This document shows, one piece after another, positions 17,010-25,673 of a stretch of DNA of 64,000 nt. Where the stretch lies: IMG/VR virus record IMGVR_UViG_3300045960_000114, positions 121,266-185,265 of that record, one strand, 5' to 3'. Made by a program: the position numbers and the translations under genes. Source of the DNA: a virus. Under the pieces are notes generated by a model. That model had not been told where the DNA came from. It saw only the letters and a list, made by a program, of their open reading frames with translations, and did not search any database. Position 1 is the first letter of the stretch. Each line of letters starts with the position of its first letter.

Positions 17010-17653
17010 TTGCCCTTGAGTAGTGCCGTCTGGATGTTCTGTTCGCCGCTGGGCAGTGTGCCGCGAATGGCGTCCTCCAGATCAGCGCACGTGTACATGG
17101 TATGGCCATAGAAGAGTGTGGCCAGTGAACACAGGGTGAAGTAGTGAAGATGCTCGCCGGGCCGGTAGTGCTTCCATTCGCGCTTGTAGGGGAACCAGCG
17201 CGGCCTGGCCGGGAAGGACACCAGGATCCACTTGGCTCGCTTGGCCAGGTGGGTGACGGCCTTGAAATCGGGGAAGTGTTCGAGCGAGTCGAAGAAGGTC
17301 ACGACGTCCCAATGCTCGTGGCCTTCCAGTGGCATTTCGCGGACGCCGTAGTCCGCGTGGTGGACGTCGTTGCCATATGCGTCGAAGCCGGCCTTCAGCG
17401 CCGCCTTCACGAAAGCACCATTCCCGTACCCGACGTCAAGCAGCTTGCCCTTCGGGCAGAATGACTTGAGGTAGCCCAGCCGAAGGTAGCTCATGGCCTC
17501 GGTGGTTGGGTACATGTCGTAGCGATTGTGGATGTAGTCTTTGTCGTAATGTGCGGTGACAGCCAGCGTGGACTGGTAGATGTGGTCACAGGCGCAACGC
17601 GACAGCCCGTCCAGCTCTTCAATGGGATGAGTGTGGCATACGGGGCAGATCAT
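17006..17653 (-). CDS. Class I SAM-dependent methyltransferase with N-terminal Cys cluster
   Basis: LLDVGYGNG (motif I), FFDSLEHFPD, EHLHYFT. ATG at 17653 preferred over the ORF-track start. Confidence 0.8.
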   Translation of the reverse strand: MICPVCHTHPIEELDGLSRCACDHIYQSTLAVTAHYDKDYIHNRYDMYPTTEAMSYLRLGYLKSFCPKGKLLDVGYGNGAFVKAALKAGFDAYGNDVHHADYGVREMPLEGHEHWDVVTFFDSLEHFPDFKAVTHLAKRAKWILVSFPARPRWFPYKREWKHYRPGEHLHYFTLCSLATLFYGHTMYTCADLEDAIRGTLPSGEQNIQTALLKGK

Positions 17654-17739
17654 CAGACAAACCCTCCAGTTCGGGACCATCATACAGAGTATTGATAGCC
17701 CCGTCCACACCTGGAGCCAGAAAAGAAACGGAGAGACAG

Positions 17740-18024
17740 ATGAGTCATTGTGCTTGGCATGTAAAGTTCCTCGAGGGTTCACCTGACTGTGATGACAAGC
17801 CAATTCGCATTCCAGGGGGTGTACGTGTTGTGTACGGGGGGAATTATATTGATCATACGCTTGCTGGAGAGACTGTTCGCCAGGTGGCGAAGCGGTGGCG
17901 TTGTTTCTTTTCTATACGCAGACGTTCGAGGTGTTTTGTAAATGAGCAGCCTTCCAACCGTAATTACAGACTTGAACCTGGGGACCGTTTGGAGTTCGTT
18001 CCACCTGGCGATTGTTGCCGATAA
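17740..18024 (+). CDS. Ubiquitin-like beta-grasp (ThiS/MoaD-like) protein with atypical C-terminus (...EFVPPGDCCR)
   Basis: VRVVYGGN...LAGETVRQV...CFVNEQ...YRLEPGDRLEFV matches the prokaryotic Ubl pattern (G-x-TV...VNG...L-x-x-GD-x-L-x-F); GGAGAG RBS. Confidence 0.65.
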   Translation: MSHCAWHVKFLEGSPDCDDKPIRIPGGVRVVYGGNYIDHTLAGETVRQVAKRWRCFFSIRRRSRCFVNEQPSNRNYRLEPGDRLEFVPPGDCCR

Positions 18025-18045
18025 CTCTTGATAACGGAGGTGATC

Positions 18046-18342
18046 ATGCGAGTTAGGTTCAATGTGCAGTTTGAAGGGGACTGGTTATATTTGGATTTAG
18101 AGATTCCTATTACTCCTTTCCCAGGGTTGGTTGTTTGGGAACTGCCGGGCTTTCCAGGCGAGCCGTTTTTTGTAAAGTCGGTCGACTACATGTTTAAGGG
18201 TGGTTACTCGACTGTTATGTACGGTCACGGTGACGATGAAGACGACGTCGAGTATCCCCCGTTATACGGCGAGTTTGCCAAGCGGCTGATTAACGCTGGC
18301 TGGCGATCTGGTATTGATACGGATCGGATAGAAATAACGTAA
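18046..18342 (+). CDS. Hypothetical protein (similar to 12346-12690)
   Basis: GGAGGTG RBS; shared LxLPxTPxxG motif. Confidence 0.65.
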   Translation: MRVRFNVQFEGDWLYLDLEIPITPFPGLVVWELPGFPGEPFFVKSVDYMFKGGYSTVMYGHGDDEDDVEYPPLYGEFAKRLINAGWRSGIDTDRIEIT

Positions 18343-18407
18343 CAGCCATTACCAACCAATCTGTCGTTTCGTAGTTCAAACCCAACACAACGATAACGGA
18401 GGTGCCA

Positions 18408-18647
18408 GTGAGAAAGAATGCAGCATCAGCGGGACAGTGGAAGCGGCGATCGTCGGCGAGAGCCGAGGCGCCAAGCAAAGTGAAGTCTCCTGCTACGGTT
18501 CTGAAGGAGGTTTCCGCCTATGTACGGGAGGTGGATCCGCCCAAGCGAAGGTGTGAGCTCTGCAGGGCGTTCCTGCGGAGTGGAAACAACACCAATAGGT
18601 GTGCGCTGTGTGTGCGGAAGCTGAAACCGAAGGAGTTGGAGGAGTGA
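18408..18647 (+). CDS. Basic zinc-finger protein
   Basis: CELC...CALC; GGAGGTG RBS. Confidence 0.6.
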   Translation: MRKNAASAGQWKRRSSARAEAPSKVKSPATVLKEVSAYVREVDPPKRRCELCRAFLRSGNNTNRCALCVRKLKPKELEE

Positions 18648-18648
18648 G

Positions 18649-19038
18649 ATGATAAGGAAAAGAAGTGAGCTGTTGCGCGGTACGATCTGGAATCACATAA
18701 TGCAGGGGAGTGACGCACTGTATATCGCCTTGTCAGTCGATGACAGTAATTCTCTCGGTAGACGGTCCAGTGAACACCAACTGTGGTCGATCACATTATC
18801 GCCCTTAAACTGTTGTGGATTGGTGTGGTCACGCACAACTGACAACTGCGTTGTCTTCCCACCTCATACGTGGAGTCCTGCTACATATGATGCTGTCATA
18901 CGGGGGACTGATTGGGCGGCACAGCGTGGCGTGTTTCTGACGCCGCTGTGTTGGCGACTTTACGCAGGAGATCAGGATGCAGGCGGACAAGCGGTGCAAG
19001 GACTGTCACAGGGGGGTGCTGGAGCACAGGTCCGGTGA
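18649..19038 (+). CDS. Hypothetical protein
   Basis: ORF after GGAGGAG; 3' end overlaps the next gene, so extent is uncertain. Confidence 0.35.
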   Translation: MIRKRSELLRGTIWNHIMQGSDALYIALSVDDSNSLGRRSSEHQLWSITLSPLNCCGLVWSRTTDNCVVFPPHTWSPATYDAVIRGTDWAAQRGVFLTPLCWRLYAGDQDAGGQAVQGLSQGGAGAQVR

Positions 19039-19114
19039 CCTGTGGGCATGCCGCCGCTGTGGTGCGAAGTGGTACAGGAACTTTCACGGGAAGATGCTTC
19101 CAGTAAAGGAGTAG
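18977..19114 (+). CDS. Small zinc-ribbon protein (not in ORF track)
   Basis: MQADKRCKDC...WACRRCG...KE*, CAGGAG RBS. Confidence 0.6.
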   Translation: MQADKRCKDCHRGVLEHRSGDLWACRRCGAKWYRNFHGKMLPVKE

Positions 19115-19116
19115 GA

Positions 19117-19479
19117 ATGATTCACGTTGATTTGGGGAATGGCCGCTCCATCAAGATCGAGTGGCACCACAGGCCGAAGGAGCGGTACAGCATTGCCACG
19201 GCGTTGATGATCACGAAGGAGGGGACGGTCGGCGACGCGGTCAGCACCATGTCCAAGTGCCACCCGAATGATCCCTGGAGCAAGGAGCAGGGCAGGCGCG
19301 TGTCGTTGACGCGGTTGCTCGAGGTGTTGACGTACCACGGGGTGGATGACCTGGCGTACATGCTGCCTAACAAGCTGACGAAGATGGACCGGACGTTGAT
19401 CTGGGCGGCATACTTCGGCAGGAAAGCTGCAGCATTACAGCAGCCTTCCAGCAGCATTTCCGCAGCAATTCAGCAGTAA
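19117..19479 (+). CDS. Hypothetical phage protein
   Basis: AAGGAG RBS; CHPNDPWSKEQGRRVSL motif typical of small phage proteins. Confidence 0.65.
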   Translation: MIHVDLGNGRSIKIEWHHRPKERYSIATALMITKEGTVGDAVSTMSKCHPNDPWSKEQGRRVSLTRLLEVLTYHGVDDLAYMLPNKLTKMDRTLIWAAYFGRKAAALQQPSSSISAAIQQ

Positions 19480-19494
19480 TCCTGCAGTCTTCTG
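19418..19494. repeat. Seven degenerate 11-bp tandem repeats beginning GCAG
   Basis: GCAG at 19418, 19429, 19440, 19451, 19462, 19473, 19484 (exact 11-nt period). Confidence 0.85.
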
Positions 19495-19504
19495 AGGAGG
19501 AGTC

Positions 19505-19948
19505 ATGAGTACAACATACACGGCGTACACCGTGATCGGTGTGCGCCTGCATGAGAACCAGCTGGTTCGGTACAGGAAGGTGAAGGGTTGTAACTGCTTC
19601 GATGTGGACCCACGCAACAAGTTCTGTCCGCACTGCGCGGCGCCGGTCAGCAAGTCGCACAAGTATTATGTTGGCGTGTTCAACGGCGAGCGCGATCAGC
19701 TGGAGCGTGAATTGGACAACGGGCTCAAACTGGTCCGGCCTTACCACGACAGCGAAGATGTGTTCCTTGGTAGTGTGTTTGGGGTGGATCACGACGTCGG
19801 CTCAGGCGACTTCACTTGGAACTTTCTCCACTGGCCGGACATGGAGTTCGTCATGTCGACCAAGGAGAAACTGCGGCATATGTTGGAGCTGCATGAGCTA
19901 TGGGATGAGCGTGATTTTGGGATTTACACATTCCTTGGCATCCGTTGA
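19505..19948 (+). CDS. Hypothetical protein with Zn ribbon
   Basis: GCNC...FCPHC; GAGGAGG RBS. Confidence 0.65.
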   Translation: MSTTYTAYTVIGVRLHENQLVRYRKVKGCNCFDVDPRNKFCPHCAAPVSKSHKYYVGVFNGERDQLERELDNGLKLVRPYHDSEDVFLGSVFGVDHDVGSGDFTWNFLHWPDMEFVMSTKEKLRHMLELHELWDERDFGIYTFLGIR

Positions 19949-20382
19949 GGAGGAAACATGAACCTGTGCACAAAGCAGAAACGGAGGAGCTGATGGGTAA
20001 GCAGAAGGTAACAGCGCAGCCGCTAGAGGTTCTTCATCAGTTGGCAAAGGACATCGTACACGGGCATATATTCACGCATCGGCATCTCGAGGACGTGAAG
20101 CTGGTCATCCACGTGTTCCTGCCTATCGGACTTGGGGGACTGGATGACATTGATTACAGCTCCCTGGGCATGATCTATGCACGCCGGGACTCGGCCATCA
20201 GGCTGAGTATTAATGGTCACCCCGTCTTCAGGGAGTGTTCATTGCTGAACAAGAAAGATGCGAAGGCCGTATGGAAGATGGCCAACGAGATGCACGAGGC
20301 GGTTGAGCGGGTGCAGATACCGGCGAAGAAGAAAGTTACCGGTCGTAGACGGCAGGTCTTCAAGCGTAAACGGAGGAGCTGA
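19945..20382 (+). CDS. Hypothetical protein with basic tail
   Basis: ORF in operon context. Confidence 0.6.
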   Translation: MRRKHEPVHKAETEELMGKQKVTAQPLEVLHQLAKDIVHGHIFTHRHLEDVKLVIHVFLPIGLGGLDDIDYSSLGMIYARRDSAIRLSINGHPVFRECSLLNKKDAKAVWKMANEMHEAVERVQIPAKKKVTGRRRQVFKRKRRS

Positions 20383-20386
20383 AGGG

Positions 20387-20836
20387 ATGGATCGGGAATT
20401 GGAGATATCGGTCATGCGGGCGGTTTTCGGCGAGAAGAGAGTGGAGCCGTGGATTCCTGCGCTGGAAGCCGCCTTGGATACGGCGGATGAGGACCGGCGG
20501 GGGTCTGTTTCGGAGTTGTTCAAGCAGATCTTCGCTCAGAATGCGAAGTTCAATGCCTTGACCGGAAGACAGAAAGAGCTCGCGGAAGAGGCGGAGGAAA
20601 TCCGCAGGTTGGTTAATGGGGACGGTGGTGCGCCAGCACTCGACACGGTCATGCGGACTGAAGAGCGCGTTAACAGGCTACACGATAACGCGGTCCGTAT
20701 TGAGCGAGAGTCGGCGTGGTCGTTCATCCAACTGATGGTCAGCGTCCGTAAGCTGCGGAAGCTGATGGAGGACGCGGAGCCTGGTTCGTCCATCAGGCTT
20801 GAGGCGCAGATCAAGCGGGAGGCCGGATTGGAATAG
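20387..20836 (+). CDS. Hypothetical coiled-coil protein
   Basis: ATG after GGAG; helical heptads. Confidence 0.6.
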   Translation: MDRELEISVMRAVFGEKRVEPWIPALEAALDTADEDRRGSVSELFKQIFAQNAKFNALTGRQKELAEEAEEIRRLVNGDGGAPALDTVMRTEERVNRLHDNAVRIERESAWSFIQLMVSVRKLRKLMEDAEPGSSIRLEAQIKREAGLE

Positions 20837-20850
20837 GAGGGAGATCTAAG

Positions 20851-21351
20851 ATGCCCTGTCAGGATCCGTGGCCGGAGGGAACGCGCGCCGCTGAGGAGGA
20901 AGGGTGTCGCGCGCGGTTGGATAAAGTCACGCAGTTCCTCTGCTGGCTCTGCGGTGAGCTGGAGGAGGATAAGCTTCTGGATAAGTACACCCGGAACCAC
21001 GAAGAGCTGCGGAAGTGGAAGGACGAGCATGACAACGCAGACATGAATCGCGTCTATCTCGAGATGTACCGGTTCGTCTGTAGTGGTAGGTGTGACCCAG
21101 ATGAGTGGGAATTGCTGGGTGGCCACTTTATCAATCTTGCGCTCAAGGTCCATCCCGTGAGCCGTTCCCATCGGAAGTGGTTCTTGCGGATGGCGCATCA
21201 GGTGTGTCTTGCGCGCAGGAACGAGCTGCGCGCCCATACCAAGAAGATGTCGTTGAAGGCAAAAGTGTTGAAGCGGCTGTCCCCCGAGGAACGCGAAGCG
21301 CTGGGGTTCAGCAACAGAAAACCCAAACCCAAGAAACGGAGGAAGAAGTGA
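20851..21351 (+). CDS. Hypothetical protein
   Basis: GGAGGGAG RBS; MPCQD...FLCWLC. Confidence 0.65.
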   Translation: MPCQDPWPEGTRAAEEEGCRARLDKVTQFLCWLCGELEEDKLLDKYTRNHEELRKWKDEHDNADMNRVYLEMYRFVCSGRCDPDEWELLGGHFINLALKVHPVSRSHRKWFLRMAHQVCLARRNELRAHTKKMSLKAKVLKRLSPEEREALGFSNRKPKPKKRRKK

Positions 21352-21803
21352 CTGAGGCGATGAAGGAAGCGGCGGATAGGTTGAACATGGCGATGAGGAC
21401 CGCCCTGACGACGTTTGCCGGCGAGCTGGACATCACCGAGATCGAGCGCAAGCACTGGCAGGAGTTGACGGCGCAACTGAAGGCCAAGGAGGCGGAGTTG
21501 GCCCAGCGCGAGAAGAATGTCAAGAACCGGGAGGAGTCGGCGAAGGACGTGCACAAGATCGCGGCTGACAGACTGCTCCGGGAGAAGATCGCGAAGGAAA
21601 GCGCCGATCAGTCGAATGCGAAGTGCAAGAAGGCTGAAAAAGAGAGGGACGAGGCGCGGGCTGACAAGAAGCGTCTTGAAGACGTGATCGAGGCGCTCAT
21701 CAAGGAGAAGAAAGAGTTGGCTGCACGCGTGGCCGACTTGACGCGGGCGTGTGCTGAACTGGAGGCGCAGGTGCCTGTGAAGGGAGGCGCTGATGTCGGA
21801 TGA
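21348..21803 (+). CDS. Coiled-coil protein
   Basis: Long charged heptad stretch; GTG overlapping the previous stop. Confidence 0.65.
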   Translation: MTEAMKEAADRLNMAMRTALTTFAGELDITEIERKHWQELTAQLKAKEAELAQREKNVKNREESAKDVHKIAADRLLREKIAKESADQSNAKCKKAEKERDEARADKKRLEDVIEALIKEKKELAARVADLTRACAELEAQVPVKGGADVG

Positions 21804-22221
21804 AGTCTGTGCCAAGCCGACCCCCGTGGGGCCGAGCTGGCATTCGCAGGTGCAGGTGAAGGAGATGCCCAAGCCCTCGGCGCCGGCGCAGTCGCAGCCG
21901 GCTGAGGTGAGCACGTTCATTCCCGGCGGCTCGATCGTCAAGCCGGAGACGAGTGCCGGGATCACGCACAAGAACGCGCTGCATCAGCAGGATGTGCATC
22001 GGCTGATGTACGTGCTTGAGGGTACGGTACGCACGATCACGTATTCGTTGACGATGCTTGGCATTCGTGGGGTAGACTTTGCGATAGCCGAGAAGCAGCT
22101 CCATCTGGCCGGCATGGACCGGTGTCCGTACTGTGATCGGTGGTTCAGGGAGGAGTACCGGCAGGGCCGTGGCAGGGCTGGCGCGTGTTACCTGTGCCAG
22201 ATCGGAGACGACGCCTACTAG
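21793..22221 (+). CDS. Hypothetical protein with C-terminal Zn finger
   Basis: CPYC...CYLC. Confidence 0.6.
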   Translation: MSDEVCAKPTPVGPSWHSQVQVKEMPKPSAPAQSQPAEVSTFIPGGSIVKPETSAGITHKNALHQQDVHRLMYVLEGTVRTITYSLTMLGIRGVDFAIAEKQLHLAGMDRCPYCDRWFREEYRQGRGRAGACYLCQIGDDAY

Positions 22222-22230
22222 GAGGGCTTC

Positions 22231-22713
22231 ATGCGAGTCTACGTTGCTGTTGTCCATCATCGGCATGGTGAGGATATGTATCTCAGTTGTTCGATGAATG
22301 ATCTGTTCAGGCAGTTGTACGGGTACGTCACTCAATGGTGGGGTGAATTCAAGGACGACGAACCGATCCCAGCGGACCACAAGGAGGCCGTCAAGGCGTA
22401 CTTCGAGGAGGCCGAGGGCTATGACAGCGACGAGCACGAGTGGTACACGGTGGACTCGCACGACTTGAAGGAACCGAGCCCGATGTCGCCGCCCATCTAC
22501 GACATCCTGGACGTGGTCGCGGGGCACATCGGTCGAACTGGTCCGATCAACTTCATGGACCATGGGACTGAGAACATCTTGGTGGTCGATGCGAATCTCA
22601 CCCGGAAGGAGTTCATCCTGACAGTGGACAAGGCGGGTGACGGCAATGAGGAGTCGTACGAGATGCACTTCCGGCTGAAGAAGGTCAAGCGAACAAGGAC
22701 GGACCGCGAATGA
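22231..22713 (+). CDS. Hypothetical acidic protein
   Basis: AGGAGG RBS. Confidence 0.65.
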   Translation: MRVYVAVVHHRHGEDMYLSCSMNDLFRQLYGYVTQWWGEFKDDEPIPADHKEAVKAYFEEAEGYDSDEHEWYTVDSHDLKEPSPMSPPIYDILDVVAGHIGRTGPINFMDHGTENILVVDANLTRKEFILTVDKAGDGNEESYEMHFRLKKVKRTRTDRE

Positions 22714-23021
22714 ACCCTACCCTGTGGGTGCTTGTATCGTTGCTCTTCTTCGCCGTGGGTGAGGCAGCGTCGAAGCTGTGGTCGGAAGGGTGTACGGACT
22801 GGTGGGCGATCGCTGCGGTGGCCGCTTACATCACCTGCGAGGTGCCGTGGCTGGTGGCCATACGCGAGCACGGGCACCTGACGTCGTTGGGGACGTTCTG
22901 GTCAGTTGGGGCGGTTGTGGTCACCATCCTTGTAGGCATGGTGGCCTTCGGGGAGTCCATTACCATGCGGCAGGGTATTGGGCTGGCGATCGCCTTTGTG
23001 GCCTGCTGGCTTCTGAGCTGA
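22710..23021 (+). CDS. SMR/DMT-superfamily small membrane transporter-like protein
   Basis: 103 aa, four hydrophobic helices, Glu in TM1 (FAVGEAASKLW), C-terminal FGESITMRQGIGLAI. Confidence 0.65.
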   Translation: MNPTLWVLVSLLFFAVGEAASKLWSEGCTDWWAIAAVAAYITCEVPWLVAIREHGHLTSLGTFWSVGAVVVTILVGMVAFGESITMRQGIGLAIAFVACWLLS

Positions 23022-23025
23022 GGAG

Positions 23026-23316
23026 TTGATCGTGAAGAGATTCCACCCTTTGGGGTTCATAACACAGGTGGAAGCGCATCTGATGCGCGCGCCAGACTCA
23101 GAAGAGGTCCGGTGTGCGCTGGACCTGATCGCCGTCTGGAAGCAACGGTTCGTGGTGATGCTGGAGAAGAAGAGGAGGAAGGAGCGTTTGCTGAGTTTAC
23201 AGGAAGCCAGGGACTTGTTTCTCGTCAAGAAGGAGGGTGAGGATGTTCATACCGTACAACGGATTAGTACACGAAGTGCATCAGATCATGCGGGCGAGCC
23301 GGGAGCGTCGGGATGA
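23026..23316 (+). CDS. Hypothetical protein
   Basis: GAGGAG RBS; overlaps the next gene. Confidence 0.45.
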   Translation: MIVKRFHPLGFITQVEAHLMRAPDSEEVRCALDLIAVWKQRFVVMLEKKRRKERLLSLQEARDLFLVKKEGEDVHTVQRISTRSASDHAGEPGASG

Positions 23317-24220
23317 GTCGTTCGTAGAGAAACTGCTGTTCGAGACGGGCGCGCGACTACTGGTCAATCAGAACGGCAACAGTTCCAATACGGTGACGCA
23401 CTGCATGTTGGAAAGCGCACATTACTTCCTGAGCCATCGCGTACTCTACGTGAGCAACGTGCTGGCAGAGGAGCTGGATGAAACCCGGGTGGAGATACCC
23501 CCGGATGAACTCCGGCTGCCATACCATCTGTTTGAGGTGTGCTTCAACGACAACCTGCGGATCAGGGGTCGACGCATACCTTCAGCGCTCGTCCTCATCA
23601 AGCCGGACGATAGCACCTTCAACGTGATGGCTGAGCGCTTCCAGAAGATCTCGAACACCGCCATCGACAAGGCGAATGAGGTCTTGCGGAAGGCGGGCAG
23701 GCATCCCCTCCCATACAACCAGACGGAAGTTGCGCCCAAGCTGCGCCAGTCGTTCTACCTGCTGTTCCGGTTGGATGGTCAGTTGGACACCTGCCAGCTC
23801 CACTTCAGCATGGAGGAGTACAAGGGTGTCAAGACGGATGACGCCATTGAGCGGCTCCTGGCCCAGGGGCCGATCGAGGGGTTCTCCGCCCTTACGCCTG
23901 ACGAGGTGGACGTCGAGCGGGCGTTGTGTCGGATCATCTTTGGGGCGCTGTGTTACCTCAATGTGAAGGATCCGGAAGTTGAGGAAGGATGGAAGGATCG
24001 CAACCGACCGAACATGGGCGTGAAGCCTGCGGGTGTCATGCTGGGCCGGACGATGCGTGCGTCGCCTGATCGGCACATGCGTAAGGGCAGCATGCACACG
24101 CTGATTCATCCGCGCTACGTGAACGTCAGGTGTGCCTGGCATCGCCCGTGTGAGGTGAACCCGAAGGCCAAGTCGGGTGGCCATCGGGAGAAAGTCGAGG
24201 AGCTGAATGGCCAAGCGTAA
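23243..24220 (+). CDS. Conserved-type phage hypothetical protein
   Basis: About 325 aa; C-terminal SPDRHMRKG...W..P..V motif. Confidence 0.7.
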   Translation: MFIPYNGLVHEVHQIMRASRERRDESFVEKLLFETGARLLVNQNGNSSNTVTHCMLESAHYFLSHRVLYVSNVLAEELDETRVEIPPDELRLPYHLFEVCFNDNLRIRGRRIPSALVLIKPDDSTFNVMAERFQKISNTAIDKANEVLRKAGRHPLPYNQTEVAPKLRQSFYLLFRLDGQLDTCQLHFSMEEYKGVKTDDAIERLLAQGPIEGFSALTPDEVDVERALCRIIFGALCYLNVKDPEVEEGWKDRNRPNMGVKPAGVMLGRTMRASPDRHMRKGSMHTLIHPRYVNVRCAWHRPCEVNPKAKSGGHREKVEELNGQA

Positions 24221-24500
24221 GGACTTGACGGTGGCGGACATCGTCGAGATGTGGCTCATCGAGAATGGGTACGATGGGCTGTACCAGGAGGAGTCCTGCG
24301 CCTGTCTGGCGACCGATCTGGCGCCATGCTGCGATAACGGCTGGAATTGCTTCCCTGGCGTGTTGGTCAGGTGCAATCCGGAGACATGTGAGCAGGGTGG
24401 GGAGTGTCGGTTCCACATCGGACCGAAGGACGACCCGGACAAGATGACCTGCGGGGAGCGGCAGGCCATCCTTAATGACGAAAGGGGAAGCACTCCATGA
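24207..24500 (+). CDS. Cys-rich protein
   Basis: GYDGLY...CAC...PCC...C...C...C. Confidence 0.65.
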   Translation: MAKRKDLTVADIVEMWLIENGYDGLYQEESCACLATDLAPCCDNGWNCFPGVLVRCNPETCEQGGECRFHIGPKDDPDKMTCGERQAILNDERGSTP

Positions 24501-24661
24501 AGTGCGAGAGGTGTGGGAGGGAGGCGCAGGAACTGAAAACCTGCGTTTGTTGCCGGGCGAATGCTTGCAGCAAGTGCGCGCGGGAGAGCAAGTATGGACC
24601 TTCATGTTCCGCCGCGTGTACACGCCAGTTGCGGAAGACTGGCGGCAAGCACCATGTTTGA
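24497..24661 (+). CDS. Small zinc-finger protein (not in ORF track)
   Basis: MKCERC...CVCC...CSKC...CSAAC, 54 aa. Confidence 0.6.
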   Translation: MKCERCGREAQELKTCVCCRANACSKCARESKYGPSCSAACTRQLRKTGGKHHV

Positions 24662-24794
24662 CGTGCTGTTCGGGTGGGCAGCCGATGCGTGGCGTCAGAA
24701 GGAGACGCGAGGTTGCCTGACAGAATTCATGTTCATTTCCGCAGGGTTCGCGTTGATCGCGCTGTTGGCGTGGTTGGCGCACAGATTCTGTTAG
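24654..24794 (+). CDS. Small membrane protein
   Basis: C-terminal hydrophobic helix. Confidence 0.5.
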   Translation: MFDVLFGWAADAWRQKETRGCLTEFMFISAGFALIALLAWLAHRFC

Positions 24795-24808
24795 GAGCGT
24801 ACAGAAAT
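24784..24808. promoter_or_regulatory. 25-bp palindromic site (copy 2 of 4)
   Basis: GATTCTGTTAGGAGCGTACAGAAAT; overlaps the upstream stop and the next start. Confidence 0.5.
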
Positions 24809-25157
24809 GAGTAAGCAACGGAAGTCGAAGGCCAAGGACCCGCTGGTTGAGGAGCTGAACAGATGTGCCAAGTGGTTCATCTGTGGGTTCCTGCTGTCGG
24901 CGCTAATTCCGGTGATTGTGGTGGCCATGAGTGCTGGCCTCTTATTCGGCATGGACTGGCTGAATGCGCCGGGAAAGGTCGAACGCGCGCCGATCATCGC
25001 GAATGAGGTGCCTACAACGCCGGCTGACAGGGGGGCGTATGCGGCTGCGCACTACGTGCCGCCGGACCCTCGCCAGCCCATCAAGCCCGGCAGGTTGCCC
25101 ACGGCAGCCGAGCTTCGTAATCAAAGAACTGTTGTTGTTCAGGAGCTGGACTTCTGA
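24807..25157 (+). CDS. Single-pass membrane protein with Pro-rich tail
   Basis: WFICGFLLSALIPVIVVAMSAGLLFG helix. Confidence 0.6.
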   Translation: MSKQRKSKAKDPLVEELNRCAKWFICGFLLSALIPVIVVAMSAGLLFGMDWLNAPGKVERAPIIANEVPTTPADRGAYAAAHYVPPDPRQPIKPGRLPTAAELRNQRTVVVQELDF

Positions 25158-25426
25158 TGGTCAAGATTGGTGACGTGGTGAAGCTTCGACCGCACATTAC
25201 GTCTGAGCATCTTTTGACGATCTTGTTGCGGTTCGATAAGAGGCAGGTGGAATTCTTACGCCAAGCGAAATTCAGGGCGGATCATATCTTCTGGCATAGT
25301 AGGTTCGGCCTGATGACGAGAGCCTCAATGTACTGGTGTCCCCCGTTCCAGCCCGGCTTGTGGCTGGAGTGGTGCGACGAGAACTATGTTAAACTCGGCT
25401 ACCTGGAGGTGGTGGATGGCTCTTGA
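25157..25426 (+). CDS. Small SH3-like beta protein, paralog 1
   Basis: KIGDVVKL...EHL...YVKLGYLEVVDG. Confidence 0.6.
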   Translation: MVKIGDVVKLRPHITSEHLLTILLRFDKRQVEFLRQAKFRADHIFWHSRFGLMTRASMYWCPPFQPGLWLEWCDENYVKLGYLEVVDGS

Positions 25427-25673
25427 TCAGTTTGCTGTAGGTGACAGGGTACGGATGGCTGAGTGGGTAAAGCCCGAGCATCTGCGTGTGTTGGGTATTT
25501 CTGAGAGGAATACTATTATATGGCTTCTCTCTGCTGAGTTGGTGGTGGTCTGCGGAGAGGACGGGGCTTACCGGTCCTGCGGGAGGGTGATTCAAGTTGA
25601 TAACGGAATCCGTATGCCGTTGTTCGTTAAGTGCTGTTACCTAAGGAGGGTCGATGGGCGATCTATATCCTGA
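25416..25673 (+). CDS. Small SH3-like beta protein, paralog 2
   Basis: AVGDRVRMAEWVKPEHL...FVKCCYLRRVDG. Confidence 0.6.
   Translation: MALDQFAVGDRVRMAEWVKPEHLRVLGISERNTIIWLLSAELVVVCGEDGAYRSCGRVIQVDNGIRMPLFVKCCYLRRVDGRSIS

Noticed and set aside
18030-18404. 13-nt direct repeat GATAACGGAGGTG at 18030 and 18392
   Set aside because: Both copies are ribosome-binding sites. Shared Shine-Dalgarno sequence explains most of the match.
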